Assembly (NCBI RefSeq): GCF_000619845.1
Contig: NZ_JHUX01000003.1
Location: forward strand, 430,064-462,063
Source: Alkanindiges illinoisensis DSM 15370
Lineage (GTDB): Bacteria > Pseudomonadota > Gammaproteobacteria > Pseudomonadales > Moraxellaceae
Direction of reading: 5' to 3'
DNA length: 32,000 nt
Positions 1-9,198 of this stretch are shown piece by piece (within the stretch, counting starts at the first letter, position 1; every line of letters starts with the position of its first letter). Below the pieces are notes generated by a model. The model saw only the letters and a list, made by a program, of their open reading frames with translations, did not search any database and was not told the DNA's origin. A program made the position numbers and the translations under genes.

Positions 1-289
1 CTCACCGTTAGGGATAAACCAGCAAGCCGTAAGCGGTGCATTTTATGCAGTGCCACCGCAAATCTGCCGCGATGAGGCCAAACTGGATGAACATATTAAT
101 ATTTTACGGGACTTGATGAGCCGGATGAAAGTGCCCGTGCATTTAACCCGCTTGGGCTATACCGTGATCGCGCGTTACCTGGGCAACGATACCCGGCAAT
201 GTCTGGATGCCTTTGCAGGTTTGCGCGCCAAATGCCGCCGCGAATGGTTTGGTCTGGATGAAGAACTCCCAAGGATCTGGAAAACCTGA
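1..289 (+). CDS. ureD: Urease accessory protein UreD, 3-prime partial (5-prime end is upstream of the window)
   Basis: Frame 2 is open from base 2 to TGA 287-289, so the track's GTG at 50 is internal. The C-terminus ...RYLGNDTRQCLDAFAGLRAKCRREWFGLDEELPRIWKT matches the characteristic UreD tail (K. aerogenes UreD ends ...LPRIWLT). It lies directly upstream of ureABC. Confidence 0.85.
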   Translation, partial: SPLGINQQAVSGAFYAVPPQICRDEAKLDEHINILRDLMSRMKVPVHLTRLGYTVIARYLGNDTRQCLDAFAGLRAKCRREWFGLDEELPRIWKT

Positions 290-379
290 TACTTATATCA
301 ATTGCTGGTTTATTCATCATTAAACGCAAAATTTGCATACTTCTTGCTTTTATTAAAATGTTAACAAAAGAGCTTACCT

Positions 380-682
380 ATGGAACTGACCCCAACCGAA
401 AAAGACAAGATGCTAATTTTTACTGCCGGGCTGGTGGCAGAACGGCGAAAAGCTCGTGGATTAAAGCTCAATTATCCCGAAGCAGTTGCCTATATTTCCG
501 CAGCACTACTGGAAGGGGCACGTGATGGCCGTAGTGTGAGTGATCTGATGCATTATGGTACGACACTGCTGACGCGGGATGATGTGATGGATGGCGTGGC
601 AGACATGATTGCCGAGGTTCAGGTGGAAGCGACCTTTCCCGATGGTAGCAAGCTGGTGACCGTGCATCAGCCTATTATGTAA
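380..682 (+). CDS. ureA: Urease gamma subunit
   Basis: 100-aa ORF with the canonical UreA sequence: [14 protein letters not shown]..., [31 protein letters not shown]. Confidence 0.97.
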   Translation: MELTPTEKDKMLIFTAGLVAERRKARGLKLNYPEAVAYISAALLEGARDGRSVSDLMHYGTTLLTRDDVMDGVADMIAEVQVEATFPDGSKLVTVHQPIM

Positions 683-705
683 ATAGCAATAATAAGGAAC
701 AGTAC

Positions 706-1011
706 ATGATTCCCGGTGAAACTTTTGTGGAAGCTGGTGACATTGAAATTAATGCAGGCCGTCAAACTATGCGAATTGATGTCAGCAACCATGGGGATCG
801 TCCCATCCAAATTGGTTCGCACTTTCATTTTTATGAAGTCAATGACTCACTGGTATTTGAGCGTGAGCAAAGCAAAGGCTTTCGCCTGAATATTCCAGCG
901 GGTACAGCCGTGCGTTTTGAGCCGGGGCAAGTGCGGCAGGTTGAACTGGTAGCCCTTGCCGGCAAGCGTGAAGTGTATGGCTTTGCCGGACGGGTAATGG
1001 GCGCACTTTAA
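706..1011 (+). CDS. ureB: Urease beta subunit
   Basis: 101-aa ORF starting MIPGE. It carries the conserved [19 protein letters not shown] motif, and an AAGGA Shine-Dalgarno lies upstream. Confidence 0.97.
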   Translation: MIPGETFVEAGDIEINAGRQTMRIDVSNHGDRPIQIGSHFHFYEVNDSLVFEREQSKGFRLNIPAGTAVRFEPGQVRQVELVALAGKREVYGFAGRVMGAL

Positions 1012-1052
1012 TTGTTAAAGAAAAAAATAGAAGATTTTAGGAAGCATACCCT

Positions 1053-2753
1053 ATGAAAATGTCGCGCCGTGCTTATAGTGAAATGTTTGGCCCGACCAAA
1101 GGTGACCGGGTTCGGCTGGCAGATACCGAACTGCTGCTTGAGGTTGAACACGACTACACCTGCTATGGTGAAGAGGTGAAATTTGGTGGCGGCAAGGTCA
1201 TTCGGGATGGTATGGGCCAGTCCCAGCTGAATGCTGAATTTGTCGCCGATACCGTAATTACCAATGCGCTGATTGTGGACTGGTGGGGTATTGTTAAAGC
1301 CGATGTGGGGCTTAAAAATGGCCGGATCTGGAAAATTGGTAAGGCGGGTAATCCCGATATTCAGCCTGATATTGATATTCCGCTAGGGGCAGCGACCGAA
1401 GTGATTGCCGGTGAAGGGCAGATTTTAACCGCAGGCGGCGTGGATACCCATATTCACTGGATTTGCCCGCAACAGGTGGAAACCGCCTTAATGTCCGGTG
1501 TAACGACCATGATTGGTGGTGGTACGGGGCCTGCTGCTGGAACATCTGCCACCACAGTGACGCCGGGGCCGTGGCATATTGCGACCATGTTGAAATCAAT
1601 TGATAGCCTGCCGATGAATATTGGCTTGCTGGGTAAAGGGAATTTAAGTTTGCCTGAGCCCATTGCCGAGCAAATCAGGGCAGGTGTGGTGGGCTTAAAG
1701 CTGCATGAGGACTGGGGATCAACCCCGGCAGCAATTGATAACTGCCTGACGGTGGCTGACCAGTACGATGTGCAGGTTGCCATCCATACCGATACCTTGA
1801 ATGAAAGCGGTTTTCTGGAAGCTACCTTAGGCGCATTTAAGGACCGCACTATTCATACCTATCATACTGAAGGCGCAGGCGGTGGCCATGCACCCGACAT
1901 TTTAAAAGCGATTGGGCAGGCCAATGTGTTGCCGTCCTCAACCAATCCCACCCGTCCGTACACCATCAACACTATTGATGAGCATCTGGACATGCTGATG
2001 GTGTGTCATCACCTGGACCCTGCCATCAGCGAAGATGTGGCATTTGCTGAAAGCCGGATTCGCCGTGAAACCATTGCCGCCGAAGATATTTTGCAGGACA
2101 TGGGTGCGATTGCCATGATGAGTTCCGACTCGCAGGCCATGGGACGTGTGGGCGAGGTGATTATTCGAACCTGGCAAACTGCCCACAAGATGAAAGTGCA
2201 GCGTGGCCCGCTGGATGGCGATTCTGAGCGCAATGATAACCACCGTATTAAGCGTTATATTGCCAAATACACCATTAATCCGGCCATTACGCATGGCATT
2301 GCCCATGAAGTGGGTTCAGTAGAAGTAGGCAAGCTGGCTGATCTGGTGTTGTGGAAACCGGCATTTTTTGGCGTGAAGCCGTCCATGATTATTAAAGGTG
2401 GCATGATTGCGGCTGCACCGATGGGTGATATCAATGCTTCCATTCCAACGCCGCAGCCAGTGCATTATCGTCCGATGTTTGCTGCATTGCCGGATGGCGT
2501 GCATGCGTCCTGCATCACCTTTTTATCGCAGGTTGCTATTGAGAATGGCGTGGCTGAGCAGTTGGGCCTCAAGAAAATGATTAGCCCGGCCAAAAATACC
2601 CGAAATATCCGCAAGACCGACATGAAGCACAATGATTATTTACCGGTGATGGAAGTACACCCGGAAACCTATGTGGTGAAAGCCGATGGTGTGCATTTAA
2701 CCTGTGAGCCAGCAGATGTGTTGCCGATGGCGCAGCGGTATTTTTTGTTTTAG
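1053..2753 (+). CDS. ureC: Urease alpha (catalytic) subunit
   Basis: 566 aa. Motifs seen: [29 protein letters not shown] (Ni-ligand His pair), GLKLHEDWG (carbamylated-Lys region), MVCHHLD, and C-terminal MAQRYFLF. Confidence 0.98.
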   Translation: MKMSRRAYSEMFGPTKGDRVRLADTELLLEVEHDYTCYGEEVKFGGGKVIRDGMGQSQLNAEFVADTVITNALIVDWWGIVKADVGLKNGRIWKIGKAGNPDIQPDIDIPLGAATEVIAGEGQILTAGGVDTHIHWICPQQVETALMSGVTTMIGGGTGPAAGTSATTVTPGPWHIATMLKSIDSLPMNIGLLGKGNLSLPEPIAEQIRAGVVGLKLHEDWGSTPAAIDNCLTVADQYDVQVAIHTDTLNESGFLEATLGAFKDRTIHTYHTEGAGGGHAPDILKAIGQANVLPSSTNPTRPYTINTIDEHLDMLMVCHHLDPAISEDVAFAESRIRRETIAAEDILQDMGAIAMMSSDSQAMGRVGEVIIRTWQTAHKMKVQRGPLDGDSERNDNHRIKRYIAKYTINPAITHGIAHEVGSVEVGKLADLVLWKPAFFGVKPSMIIKGGMIAAAPMGDINASIPTPQPVHYRPMFAALPDGVHASCITFLSQVAIENGVAEQLGLKKMISPAKNTRNIRKTDMKHNDYLPVMEVHPETYVVKADGVHLTCEPADVLPMAQRYFLF

Positions 2754-2759
2754 GATTTG

Positions 2760-3524
2760 ATGATTCATATGAAAGAGTATTCGGCCTCAGAGTTACATCA
2801 CACTTTCGATACAGAGAAAATTTTTGATGAATTTATTTCAAGTATTGGGGGAGTCGTTATTAAGAATGGTCTGAGGGGTAATCCCAATTTTTTGAATTCG
2901 GATTATTCTTTTCTTCATAAGCATAGAAAAATTTATGTAGAGCTGAAAAGCTTGCAAAATGATTTTGCTGAGATATGTAAATTACAGTCCAAAATAGAAA
3001 GCTTATATCGAAAGTGGATTGACCGTGGAGAAATAACGCTCTCTGCGATATTTAATTTCAATGAACTAACGGATTTTCAGAGAAGGAAAGTAGTCGAGGT
3101 TAAATACGAGCCAGTTAGACGTGTACTTAAAAAAGCAAATCAACAGATTAAGTCAACAGCACTGAGTTTTGGAGCGGAGAGCTATTCTGGATTGGTCATT
3201 TTGATAATTGATGGTGTTAAAGCTATTGAGTTTAATAACCTATTTTCGGCAATTTGTATGCTTCTGCAAAAAGAAAAATTTAGTGGCATTGACGGTTTTG
3301 TTTTGATGACTATGAATCACTATGTTGATATTGGTAATAAGCAAGCAAGACAGTTATGGGTTCCTGCTTATGAAGATGATAATAATATTGAGCTATCAGA
3401 ATTTGTAAATTGGCTAGGTAGTAAATGGTTTGAGTTTTTCTCTAACCTCATAGGTGGGTTTGAACATGACCCAATAATAACGGATTCTATAGAGCCGTTA
3501 AGGAATACTAAGAATATTTTTTGA
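2760..3524 (+). CDS. Hypothetical protein with a PD-(D/E)xK-like motif; AT-rich insertion inside the urease operon
   Basis: An uninterrupted 255-codon ORF (track start TTG 2757; ATG at 2760 and 2769; AGGA at 2752-2755). It begins a few nt after the ureC stop and ends 8 nt before the ureE ATG. It is markedly AT-rich compared with its neighbours. Motif: D49(NSDYSF)-x12-E62-L-K64 (KIYVELK), preceded by an acidic helix. I recognise no named family. Confidence 0.6.
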   Translation: MIHMKEYSASELHHTFDTEKIFDEFISSIGGVVIKNGLRGNPNFLNSDYSFLHKHRKIYVELKSLQNDFAEICKLQSKIESLYRKWIDRGEITLSAIFNFNELTDFQRRKVVEVKYEPVRRVLKKANQQIKSTALSFGAESYSGLVILIIDGVKAIEFNNLFSAICMLLQKEKFSGIDGFVLMTMNHYVDIGNKQARQLWVPAYEDDNNIELSEFVNWLGSKWFEFFSNLIGGFEHDPIITDSIEPLRNTKNIF

Positions 3525-3532
3525 GATAGAAA

Positions 3533-4003
3533 ATGAACATTTACACCCAGCGATTACCTATTGATTTTCAACCCCAAGGCGATATCCAAATTATCGCTTT
3601 AAATTATGACACCCGGCAGAAGTGTCGCTTCCGTGCCACTTTAGATAATGGTCAGGACATTGGCGTGGACTTGCCGCGGACTGGCGTGTTGCGTGGTGGT
3701 GCCTATATCGGTACAGAAACTGGTGAAGTATTGAAAATTCAGGCCGCTCCGGAAAAACTGCTGTGCGTGACTGCTAATGAGCCATTTGATTTGCTAAAGG
3801 CAGCCTATCATCTGGGTAACCGTCATGTGCCACTCATGCTCACACCGGCGGCCTTATATCTGGAACCGGATTATGTGCTGGCCGATATGGTGCGCGGTTT
3901 GGGTTTGAAAGTAGAAGAAGTCATGCATCCATTTGAGCCGGAAAGCGGTGCATACGCCCAGCATCAGCACGACAATCGCTTGCGTCCCTATGTCCCTCAT
4001 TAA
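3533..4003 (+). CDS. ureE: Urease accessory (nickel metallochaperone) protein UreE
   Basis: 156 aa, in the canonical operon position. It has the conserved [11 protein letters not shown] motif and a His-containing tail (QHQHD...VPH). Confidence 0.9.
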   Translation: MNIYTQRLPIDFQPQGDIQIIALNYDTRQKCRFRATLDNGQDIGVDLPRTGVLRGGAYIGTETGEVLKIQAAPEKLLCVTANEPFDLLKAAYHLGNRHVPLMLTPAALYLEPDYVLADMVRGLGLKVEEVMHPFEPESGAYAQHQHDNRLRPYVPH

Positions 4004-4012
4004 AGCTAAGCC

Positions 4013-4726
4013 ATGCCCATTACTGAATTGATATCTGACAGTAGCAGTGCAATGAACGCCGCCAGTTTGCTTAAGCTGTTGACCTTGTCTTCTACCGCCT
4101 TGCCCATTGGCGCATATTGCTATTCGCAGGGCGTGGAAAGCGCAATTGAGTGTGGTCTGGTGAGTAATGAAAAAAATGCACTGGCTTATTTTGAAGATGT
4201 ACTGGACTTATTGCTGGTGCGTTATGAGTTGCCGATGCTGGCACAGTTAATTGATGCCGCAAAATCGGTGGCAACGCAACCTGATGAATATACCCGGCTG
4301 GCTAGCGACTATAAAGCCAGCCGCGAAACCCGTGAGTTTTTGCTGGAAAGTCAGCAACTGGCTTTTTCACTCAACGCATGGATTAAACAGGTGCTGGGGC
4401 TAGAGGTCCAGGTAGAGTCGCATTATGGTTTTGTGCCAGTGTATGCGCAGTTATGTGCACGTTTGAATTTGCAGCCACAAGACTGTCTGACGGCTTATTG
4501 TTTTAGCGTACTGGAAAATCAGGTACTCGCCGCAGTGAAAACCGTGCCGCTCGGACAGATGAGCGGCCAGCGAATTTTATGGCAACTGCATCAGCGTATG
4601 CCAGAAGCGATCCAGCAGGCATTAAATTTGCAAGATGCTAAACAACCTTTAAGCAGTAATTTACCCAATTTTGCCATGTTGTCCATGCAACATGAAAACC
4701 AGTATTCACGGCTGTTCCGGTCGTAA
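4013..4726 (+). CDS. ureF: Urease accessory protein UreF
   Basis: 237 aa between ureE and ureG. The N-terminal [14 protein letters not shown] matches the UreF signature region. Confidence 0.9.
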   Translation: MPITELISDSSSAMNAASLLKLLTLSSTALPIGAYCYSQGVESAIECGLVSNEKNALAYFEDVLDLLLVRYELPMLAQLIDAAKSVATQPDEYTRLASDYKASRETREFLLESQQLAFSLNAWIKQVLGLEVQVESHYGFVPVYAQLCARLNLQPQDCLTAYCFSVLENQVLAAVKTVPLGQMSGQRILWQLHQRMPEAIQQALNLQDAKQPLSSNLPNFAMLSMQHENQYSRLFRS

Positions 4727-4757
4727 ATATTTTATTCAGTCATTTTCAGGAATTAAT

Positions 4758-5372
4758 ATGTCAGAACGTAGTCCACTTCGAGTCGGCATTGGAGGCCCGG
4801 TTGGTTCGGGTAAAACAGCCCTTACCTTAAATCTGTGCCTTGCCTTGCGTGATAAATACAATATGGCGGTGGTCACTAATGATATTTATACCAAGGAAGA
4901 CTCCAACTTTTTAACCCGCAATCAAGCCATGACTCCAGACCGGATTGTCGGGGTCGAAACGGGCGGTTGTCCACATACCGCCATCCGGGAAGATGCTTCG
5001 ATTAATCTGGCGGCTATTGATGACCTGAATAACAAGTTTGCTGGACTTGAGCTGATTATTATTGAAAGTGGTGGGGATAACCTGGCTGCAACCTTTAGTC
5101 CTGAGCTGTCTGATTTAACCTTATATGTCATTGATGTGGCCGCTGGGGAAAAAATCCCGCGTAAGGGTGGACCCGGCATTACCAAGTCTGACCTGCTGAT
5201 TATCAACAAGACTGACCTGGCGCCAATGGTAGGGGCGTCGCTCGAAGTGATGGATCAGGATGCCAAACGTATGCGGGGTGAGCGACCATTTCTGTTTTCC
5301 AACATGAAAACCAAAGATGGCCTAAATGACATTATTGCCTTTATTGAAAAGCAAGGTCTATTCAAGAATTAA
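4758..5372 (+). CDS. ureG: Urease accessory GTPase UreG
   Basis: P-loop [11 protein letters not shown], Cys-Pro-His nickel motif ([11 protein letters not shown]), ESGGDNL and NKTDLA. The start is moved to ATG 4758 (AGGA 8 nt upstream); the track ORF from 4671 is an upstream extension overlapping ureF. Confidence 0.95.
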   Translation: MSERSPLRVGIGGPVGSGKTALTLNLCLALRDKYNMAVVTNDIYTKEDSNFLTRNQAMTPDRIVGVETGGCPHTAIREDASINLAAIDDLNNKFAGLELIIIESGGDNLAATFSPELSDLTLYVIDVAAGEKIPRKGGPGITKSDLLIINKTDLAPMVGASLEVMDQDAKRMRGERPFLFSNMKTKDGLNDIIAFIEKQGLFKN

Positions 5373-5391
5373 CTCCGATTGAGGAAAAATC

Positions 5392-5949
5392 ATGCGATTT
5401 TTATTACTGACGTTACTGGCAGTTTCAGGTGCTGCACTGGCACATCCGGGCCATGAATACAGTCATTCTGCCTTGCTGGCGGGGTTGCTGCATCCATTGT
5501 CGGGACTGGATCATTTAACCATGGGCCTGGGTTTGGGAATTTTGCTGGCGCGCACTTTTAAGCAGGCACGCTTTATGGGACTGGCATTGTTACTGGTCAC
5601 ACTCAGTGCTGGTTTTATGCTGGGCATGGCACAGATTGTTCCTGTTAACATCGCAGAATATGGCATTGTGGCATCGTTGCTGGTATTGGCGATTGCATTG
5701 TGGCAGCGTTCTACCTCAGTATTTTTGGCAATGGCTGCGCTGCTGGGCATATTCCACGGACTGGCGCACGGCGCTGAATTAGGGACTGAGATGAATCCGG
5801 TAGGCTTTATGATGGGCATGCTAATTACGTTAAGCGCACTCTACAGTGTTGGCCTGGTTGCAGGGCAATGGATCAAGCGTCATATCAAGCAAGGTGACCG
5901 TGTAGTTGCTGTGCTAACTGGTGTGGTTGCATTGCTGGGACTGGCTTAA
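5392..5949 (+). CDS. ureJ: HupE/UreJ family nickel transporter
   Basis: 185 aa. A signal peptide is followed by HPGHEYSH, and LSGLDHL and HGLAHG motifs are present. The protein is multi-TM and lies last in the urease cluster. Confidence 0.88.
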   Translation: MRFLLLTLLAVSGAALAHPGHEYSHSALLAGLLHPLSGLDHLTMGLGLGILLARTFKQARFMGLALLLVTLSAGFMLGMAQIVPVNIAEYGIVASLLVLAIALWQRSTSVFLAMAALLGIFHGLAHGAELGTEMNPVGFMMGMLITLSALYSVGLVAGQWIKRHIKQGDRVVAVLTGVVALLGLA

Positions 5950-5974
5950 ACCCAAGGTTTTTTATCGTAAATAG

Positions 5975-6008
5975 ACCTGCTGATCATCGTTAGTTGGCAG
6001 GTTTTTAT
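5975..6008 (+). terminator. Rho-independent terminator of the urease cluster
   Basis: ACCTGC (5975-5980) pairs with GCAGGT (5997-6002), extendable by wobble pairs, and is followed by TTTTTAT. It lies 26 nt after the hupE/ureJ stop. Confidence 0.6.
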
Positions 6009-6375
6009 CGTATGTTGAAATTAAAAAAATTAACCAGTTCGCTTTTATCCTAGTCCAGTCTGATCAAAGGATTTTCCCCAGTTTATTTTCAATTCCATAC
6101 TGAAGGCATGATTCAGTACAACTGTTTTAAGCAGGGTACACCTTTAGGCCCTGTTACGCTCTTGTGAAATGAGCTAAGTAGGGTGCCATGCACAAGGAGC
6201 CTATCGTGAAGCAAGAGTACCTTAAGACAAAAGTACCCTGGTTTGATGTGAAGCCGCTGATAAGCTTTAATCTATACCGATAATAATCTTTAAGTTGCTA
6301 GTATGCCTCAACAGCTAAATAATAATGTTAAAAGAGCAGGATCAGATCAATAGACCGAATCACTGCATTTGACGT

Positions 6376-6669
6376 TCAAATTCCGCACACACTGCAATTC
6401 ATGCCCTTGCAATTATGCAGTACCGAGTTACGGGCAGCATTTTTTTCAGTGCCCGGCCCGCTAATGCCTTTACCGGCCAGTTGTTCAGCCTTACTTTGCG
6501 GTTGCCATTTGTAGTTGGTTTTAAACTGCACCCGTCCAGTGAGCAGGGGCTTGGCCGGCGTTGCCTGCTGGCAGTAGTGGCAACTAATTTCGCTGGACAG
6601 CTCGGAAACGGCCAGCTGTTGTTCAAAAATACCGTCGCAATGCTGGCAACGAATGTCATATAAGGGCAT
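6376..6669 (-). CDS. fmdB: FmdB-family zinc-ribbon putative regulatory protein
   Basis: 97 aa. N-terminal MPLYDIRCQHC-(x18)-CHYC is the CxxC...CxxC ribbon typical of the FmdB family. AAGGAG lies 8 nt upstream, and the gene is immediately downstream of the formamidase gene. Confidence 0.8.
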   Translation of the reverse strand: MPLYDIRCQHCDGIFEQQLAVSELSSEISCHYCQQATPAKPLLTGRVQFKTNYKWQPQSKAEQLAGKGISGPGTEKNAARNSVLHNCKGMNCSVCGI

Positions 6670-6701
6670 GGTAAAACTCCTTAACCCAAATTATTGATGA
6701 C

Positions 6702-6730
6702 TTAAAAAGCCTCCCCATGGCTAGGGAGGT
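6702..6730 (-). terminator. Intergenic hairpin plus U-tract between fmdA and fmdB (terminator/attenuator)
   Basis: On the minus strand, CCTCCC-TAGCCATG-GGGAGG is followed by CTTTTTAA. The GC-rich 6-bp stem spans 6710-6715 and 6724-6729. Confidence 0.5.
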
Positions 6731-6763
6731 TTGTTTGGGTTTTTAGTCCACTGTCATTAAAGT

Positions 6764-7942
6764 TTAGCGCTCATGGCCCCAATATTTTTTCTCACTCAGC
6801 ATGCCTTTGGGCAGGATGTCCTGCTCAAAAATACCGGTGGGCAGTGAAATGGTGCAGGCACAGTTGGGAATATCCACAATGCCACCAATGCGGCCTTCAA
6901 CCGGTGCCGCTGTAAGCAGCATATACGCCTGACTACCGGTAAAGCCAAAGTTTTCCAGATATTTAATTGCTTTTAAACAGGCCTGTCGATAAGCCACAGT
7001 GGCATCCAGATAGTAGTTCACGCCATTTTCCACGCTGATGCCTTCAAAGGTGAGCCATTCGTCGTAGTTGGGTTTGACCGGACTGGGAATAAAAATGGGC
7101 GCGTCGATGTTGTACTTGGCCATACCGCCCTTAATCAGGTCAAAGCCCACGCGGGTCACGCCATCCATTTCAATGGCGCCACAAAAGCCAATTTCACCAT
7201 CGCCTTGCGAGAAGTGCAAATCACCCATCGAAAACCCGGCTCCCGCCACATACACCGGAAAGAAAATCCGCGAACCTGCCGATAAGTCCTTGATATCCGT
7301 ATTTCCACCGTGTTCACGCGGTGGCACCGTACGTGCGGCCTCGCTTGCCATACGGTCAAACTCGGCGCCTTGCAAGCCACGTAGTACCGCAGTGCGCGGG
7401 TCGGGGGGATTGGCCTGACCTTTGGGCACCAGCAGCGCTTCACGGCGGTTCCATTCCTTGAGCAAGTCCATAGAGGGCAGGCAACCCATCAAGCCCGGAT
7501 GGGTGAGGCCAGCAATCCGCACGCCCGGAATATGCCGTGAGGTGGCATACAGACCTTTTAAATCCCAAATGGCTTTGTCGGCATCGGGGAAATAATCGGC
7601 CAGAAAGCCACCGCCATTTTCCTTGGCAAATACACCGGAAAACCCAATCGGGGTGACCGGTTTAATATCTAGCAGGTCAATCACCAGCAAGTCGCCCGGT
7701 TCAGCGCCTTCCACGTAAAAGGGTCCGGTTAACGGATGCGCACGGGTCAGGTCAACATTAATAATATCGTCAACGGTGTCGGTATCCTTGATTTGTGCAT
7801 CCAGAAAATCCAGACTTTCCAGCAGGATTTCTTCGCCTGGCTTGACCGAGGTTAAAAACGGAATGTCCGGGTGCCAGCGGTTATGCCCCAGTTCAGCTTG
7901 TTCGGCTAGCGGTATCCCGGGTTTAATTTTGATATGTTGCAT
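6764..7942 (-). CDS. fmdA: Formamidase / acetamidase-family amidohydrolase
   Basis: FmdA_AmdA-family motifs: HNRWHPDIP, GPFYVEGAEPGDLLVID, FAKENGGGFL, TVPPREHGGNTDIKDL, GDLHFSQGDGEI.FCGAIEM. The start is set at ATG 7942 (MQHIK..., GAGGA 9 nt upstream); the track's 8044 start adds 34 poorly coding residues. Confidence 0.9.
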   Translation of the reverse strand: MQHIKIKPGIPLAEQAELGHNRWHPDIPFLTSVKPGEEILLESLDFLDAQIKDTDTVDDIINVDLTRAHPLTGPFYVEGAEPGDLLVIDLLDIKPVTPIGFSGVFAKENGGGFLADYFPDADKAIWDLKGLYATSRHIPGVRIAGLTHPGLMGCLPSMDLLKEWNRREALLVPKGQANPPDPRTAVLRGLQGAEFDRMASEAARTVPPREHGGNTDIKDLSAGSRIFFPVYVAGAGFSMGDLHFSQGDGEIGFCGAIEMDGVTRVGFDLIKGGMAKYNIDAPIFIPSPVKPNYDEWLTFEGISVENGVNYYLDATVAYRQACLKAIKYLENFGFTGSQAYMLLTAAPVEGRIGGIVDIPNCACTISLPTGIFEQDILPKGMLSEKKYWGHER

Positions 7943-8070
7943 GATGGTGTCCTCGGTATGTGCATGGTGTTGCGACTTGAATTTACGATCAGGTTGCCAA
8001 GGCATTGGCGGTGAAAAAGCGTTCCGGTCAGGAGGTCTGGTCAAGCGATTGTTTGCATTGCCAGTTCAAG

Positions 8071-9141
8071 CTATGAATTAACCGGATGCGCCATAACGGC
8101 GAATTGCCGGTTTTTGACCGTCATATACAGTTGCTGCTGTTCTGGGTGCTCAAGGATAAAACGCGCCAGTACCGGTTCCAGTTGGGTACGAAACTTGCGC
8201 GCCAGATCACGCGCGCCAAAGCGCACACGATGCTGACGGCTGAGCAGTGCCCGTGTGCTGGCATCAAGGCGGATACTGCGGCCCTGTTTGCGCAGGCGGG
8301 TGTTCAACTTATCCAGTTCAATATCAATCAATGCGGCCAGCCACTGTTTGGCCACGGGCTGGTAATGCAAAATCCTGTCAATCCGGTTTAAAAATTCAGG
8401 ATCAAACTGCTGGTGCAGGGCTTTTTCAGTGATTTGCCGAGGTGATTTGCCCAGTTGTTGACAAAGCATTTGAACCGGTTTGGGTAGTCTGGAAAAATAA
8501 TTCAGCGCGTTTTGTGCCTGACGTGCGCCCACGTTACTGGTCATAAAAATCAGGCTGTTTTTAAAATCAATGGTTTTGCTGCCAGAAGACAAAGTCAGCG
8601 TGCCGCTATCAAGTATATTGAGCAGGCTACGAATCACCTCTGTGCTGGCTTTTTCCAGCTCATCAAACAGCACAATGCCGGGTTTGCTAAAACTGCCCTG
8701 TATCGCCTCAATGTCAAATAACGTGGTGCCTTCCTTGCTGCCGACATAACCCGGCGGCGCTCCAGTCAGCGCGGCGGCATAGTGTTCCTGCGCCAGCGTA
8801 TTCATATCAATACGGCAAAAGGCATTGGGACGGCCATAAATTGCCTCGCTAATCAGCCGTACGGTTTCGGTTTTGCCCACGCCGGTTGAACCCAGCATCA
8901 GCGTGACCGACAACGGGCGCTCGGTGCTGGAAAAATCAGCCTTGACCACATTGAGCATGTTTTCAATTTCGTCCAGTGCAGCCTCTTGCCCAATAATGCG
9001 TGCGCGCAAATGCTGCATCACCACTTTTGGTTCAAACGCAAAGCGTGAGGTGTTCAAACGCTGCTGGCTGGCGGCATCGGCATGGCGTTGCTGTGCATTG
9101 GTCTCGCGGTTGTGTTCCAGCACATCATTAATAAACGGCAT
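8071..9141 (-). CDS. amiB: AmiB-like AAA+ (Clp-related) ATPase
   Basis: Walker A GSTGVGKTE and Walker B VLFDELEKA. It directly follows amiE, as amiB does in the P. aeruginosa amiEBCRS operon. ATG 9141 is preferred over the track's TTG 9162. Confidence 0.75.
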   Translation of the reverse strand: MPFINDVLEHNRETNAQQRHADAASQQRLNTSRFAFEPKVVMQHLRARIIGQEAALDEIENMLNVVKADFSSTERPLSVTLMLGSTGVGKTETVRLISEAIYGRPNAFCRIDMNTLAQEHYAAALTGAPPGYVGSKEGTTLFDIEAIQGSFSKPGIVLFDELEKASTEVIRSLLNILDSGTLTLSSGSKTIDFKNSLIFMTSNVGARQAQNALNYFSRLPKPVQMLCQQLGKSPRQITEKALHQQFDPEFLNRIDRILHYQPVAKQWLAALIDIELDKLNTRLRKQGRSIRLDASTRALLSRQHRVRFGARDLARKFRTQLEPVLARFILEHPEQQQLYMTVKNRQFAVMAHPVNS

Positions 9142-9198
9142 TGCTAAACCCTTTTTGCTCAATTTGCTGTACTAGCCCTTTCCTGTCAGGTAAAACGC

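Noticed and set aside
326-336. Small palindrome GCAAA-A-TTTGC in the ureD-ureA spacer as a possible operator.
   Set aside because: It is only 11 bp, lies in AT-rich DNA, and has no second copy or known-regulator consensus that I can match. It could easily occur by chance.
1312-2504. Several 60-130-aa minus-strand ORFs inside ureC (1312-1599, 1454-1849, 1938-2306, 2009-2233, 2255-2443, 2316-2504).
   Set aside because: They are antisense to a strongly conserved urease alpha-subunit reading frame. Their compositions (Pro/Arg/Ser/His-rich) are typical of shadow ORFs, and no SD or family resemblance was seen. The same reasoning applies to the other nested or antisense track ORFs within ureG, hupE, fmdA, amiB, amiE, the urt genes, the kinase, dat, and the IucA/IucC gene.
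4671-4757. Long N-terminal extensions proposed by the ORF track for ureG (4671), fmdA (8044), urtE (11311), urtA (15775), SDR (22225), desaturase (23284) and thioesterase (24416).
   Set aside because: In each case an internal ATG with a good Shine-Dalgarno coincides with the start of family-conserved sequence. The extensions overlap upstream genes or start at TTG/GTG with non-coding-like residues.
6399-6663. Two alternative ORFs (86 aa minus, 82 aa plus) overlapping fmdB.
   Set aside because: Only the 6376-6669 frame gives the CxxC...CxxC FmdB zinc-ribbon signature and has a strong AAGGAG SD. The others are frame shadows.
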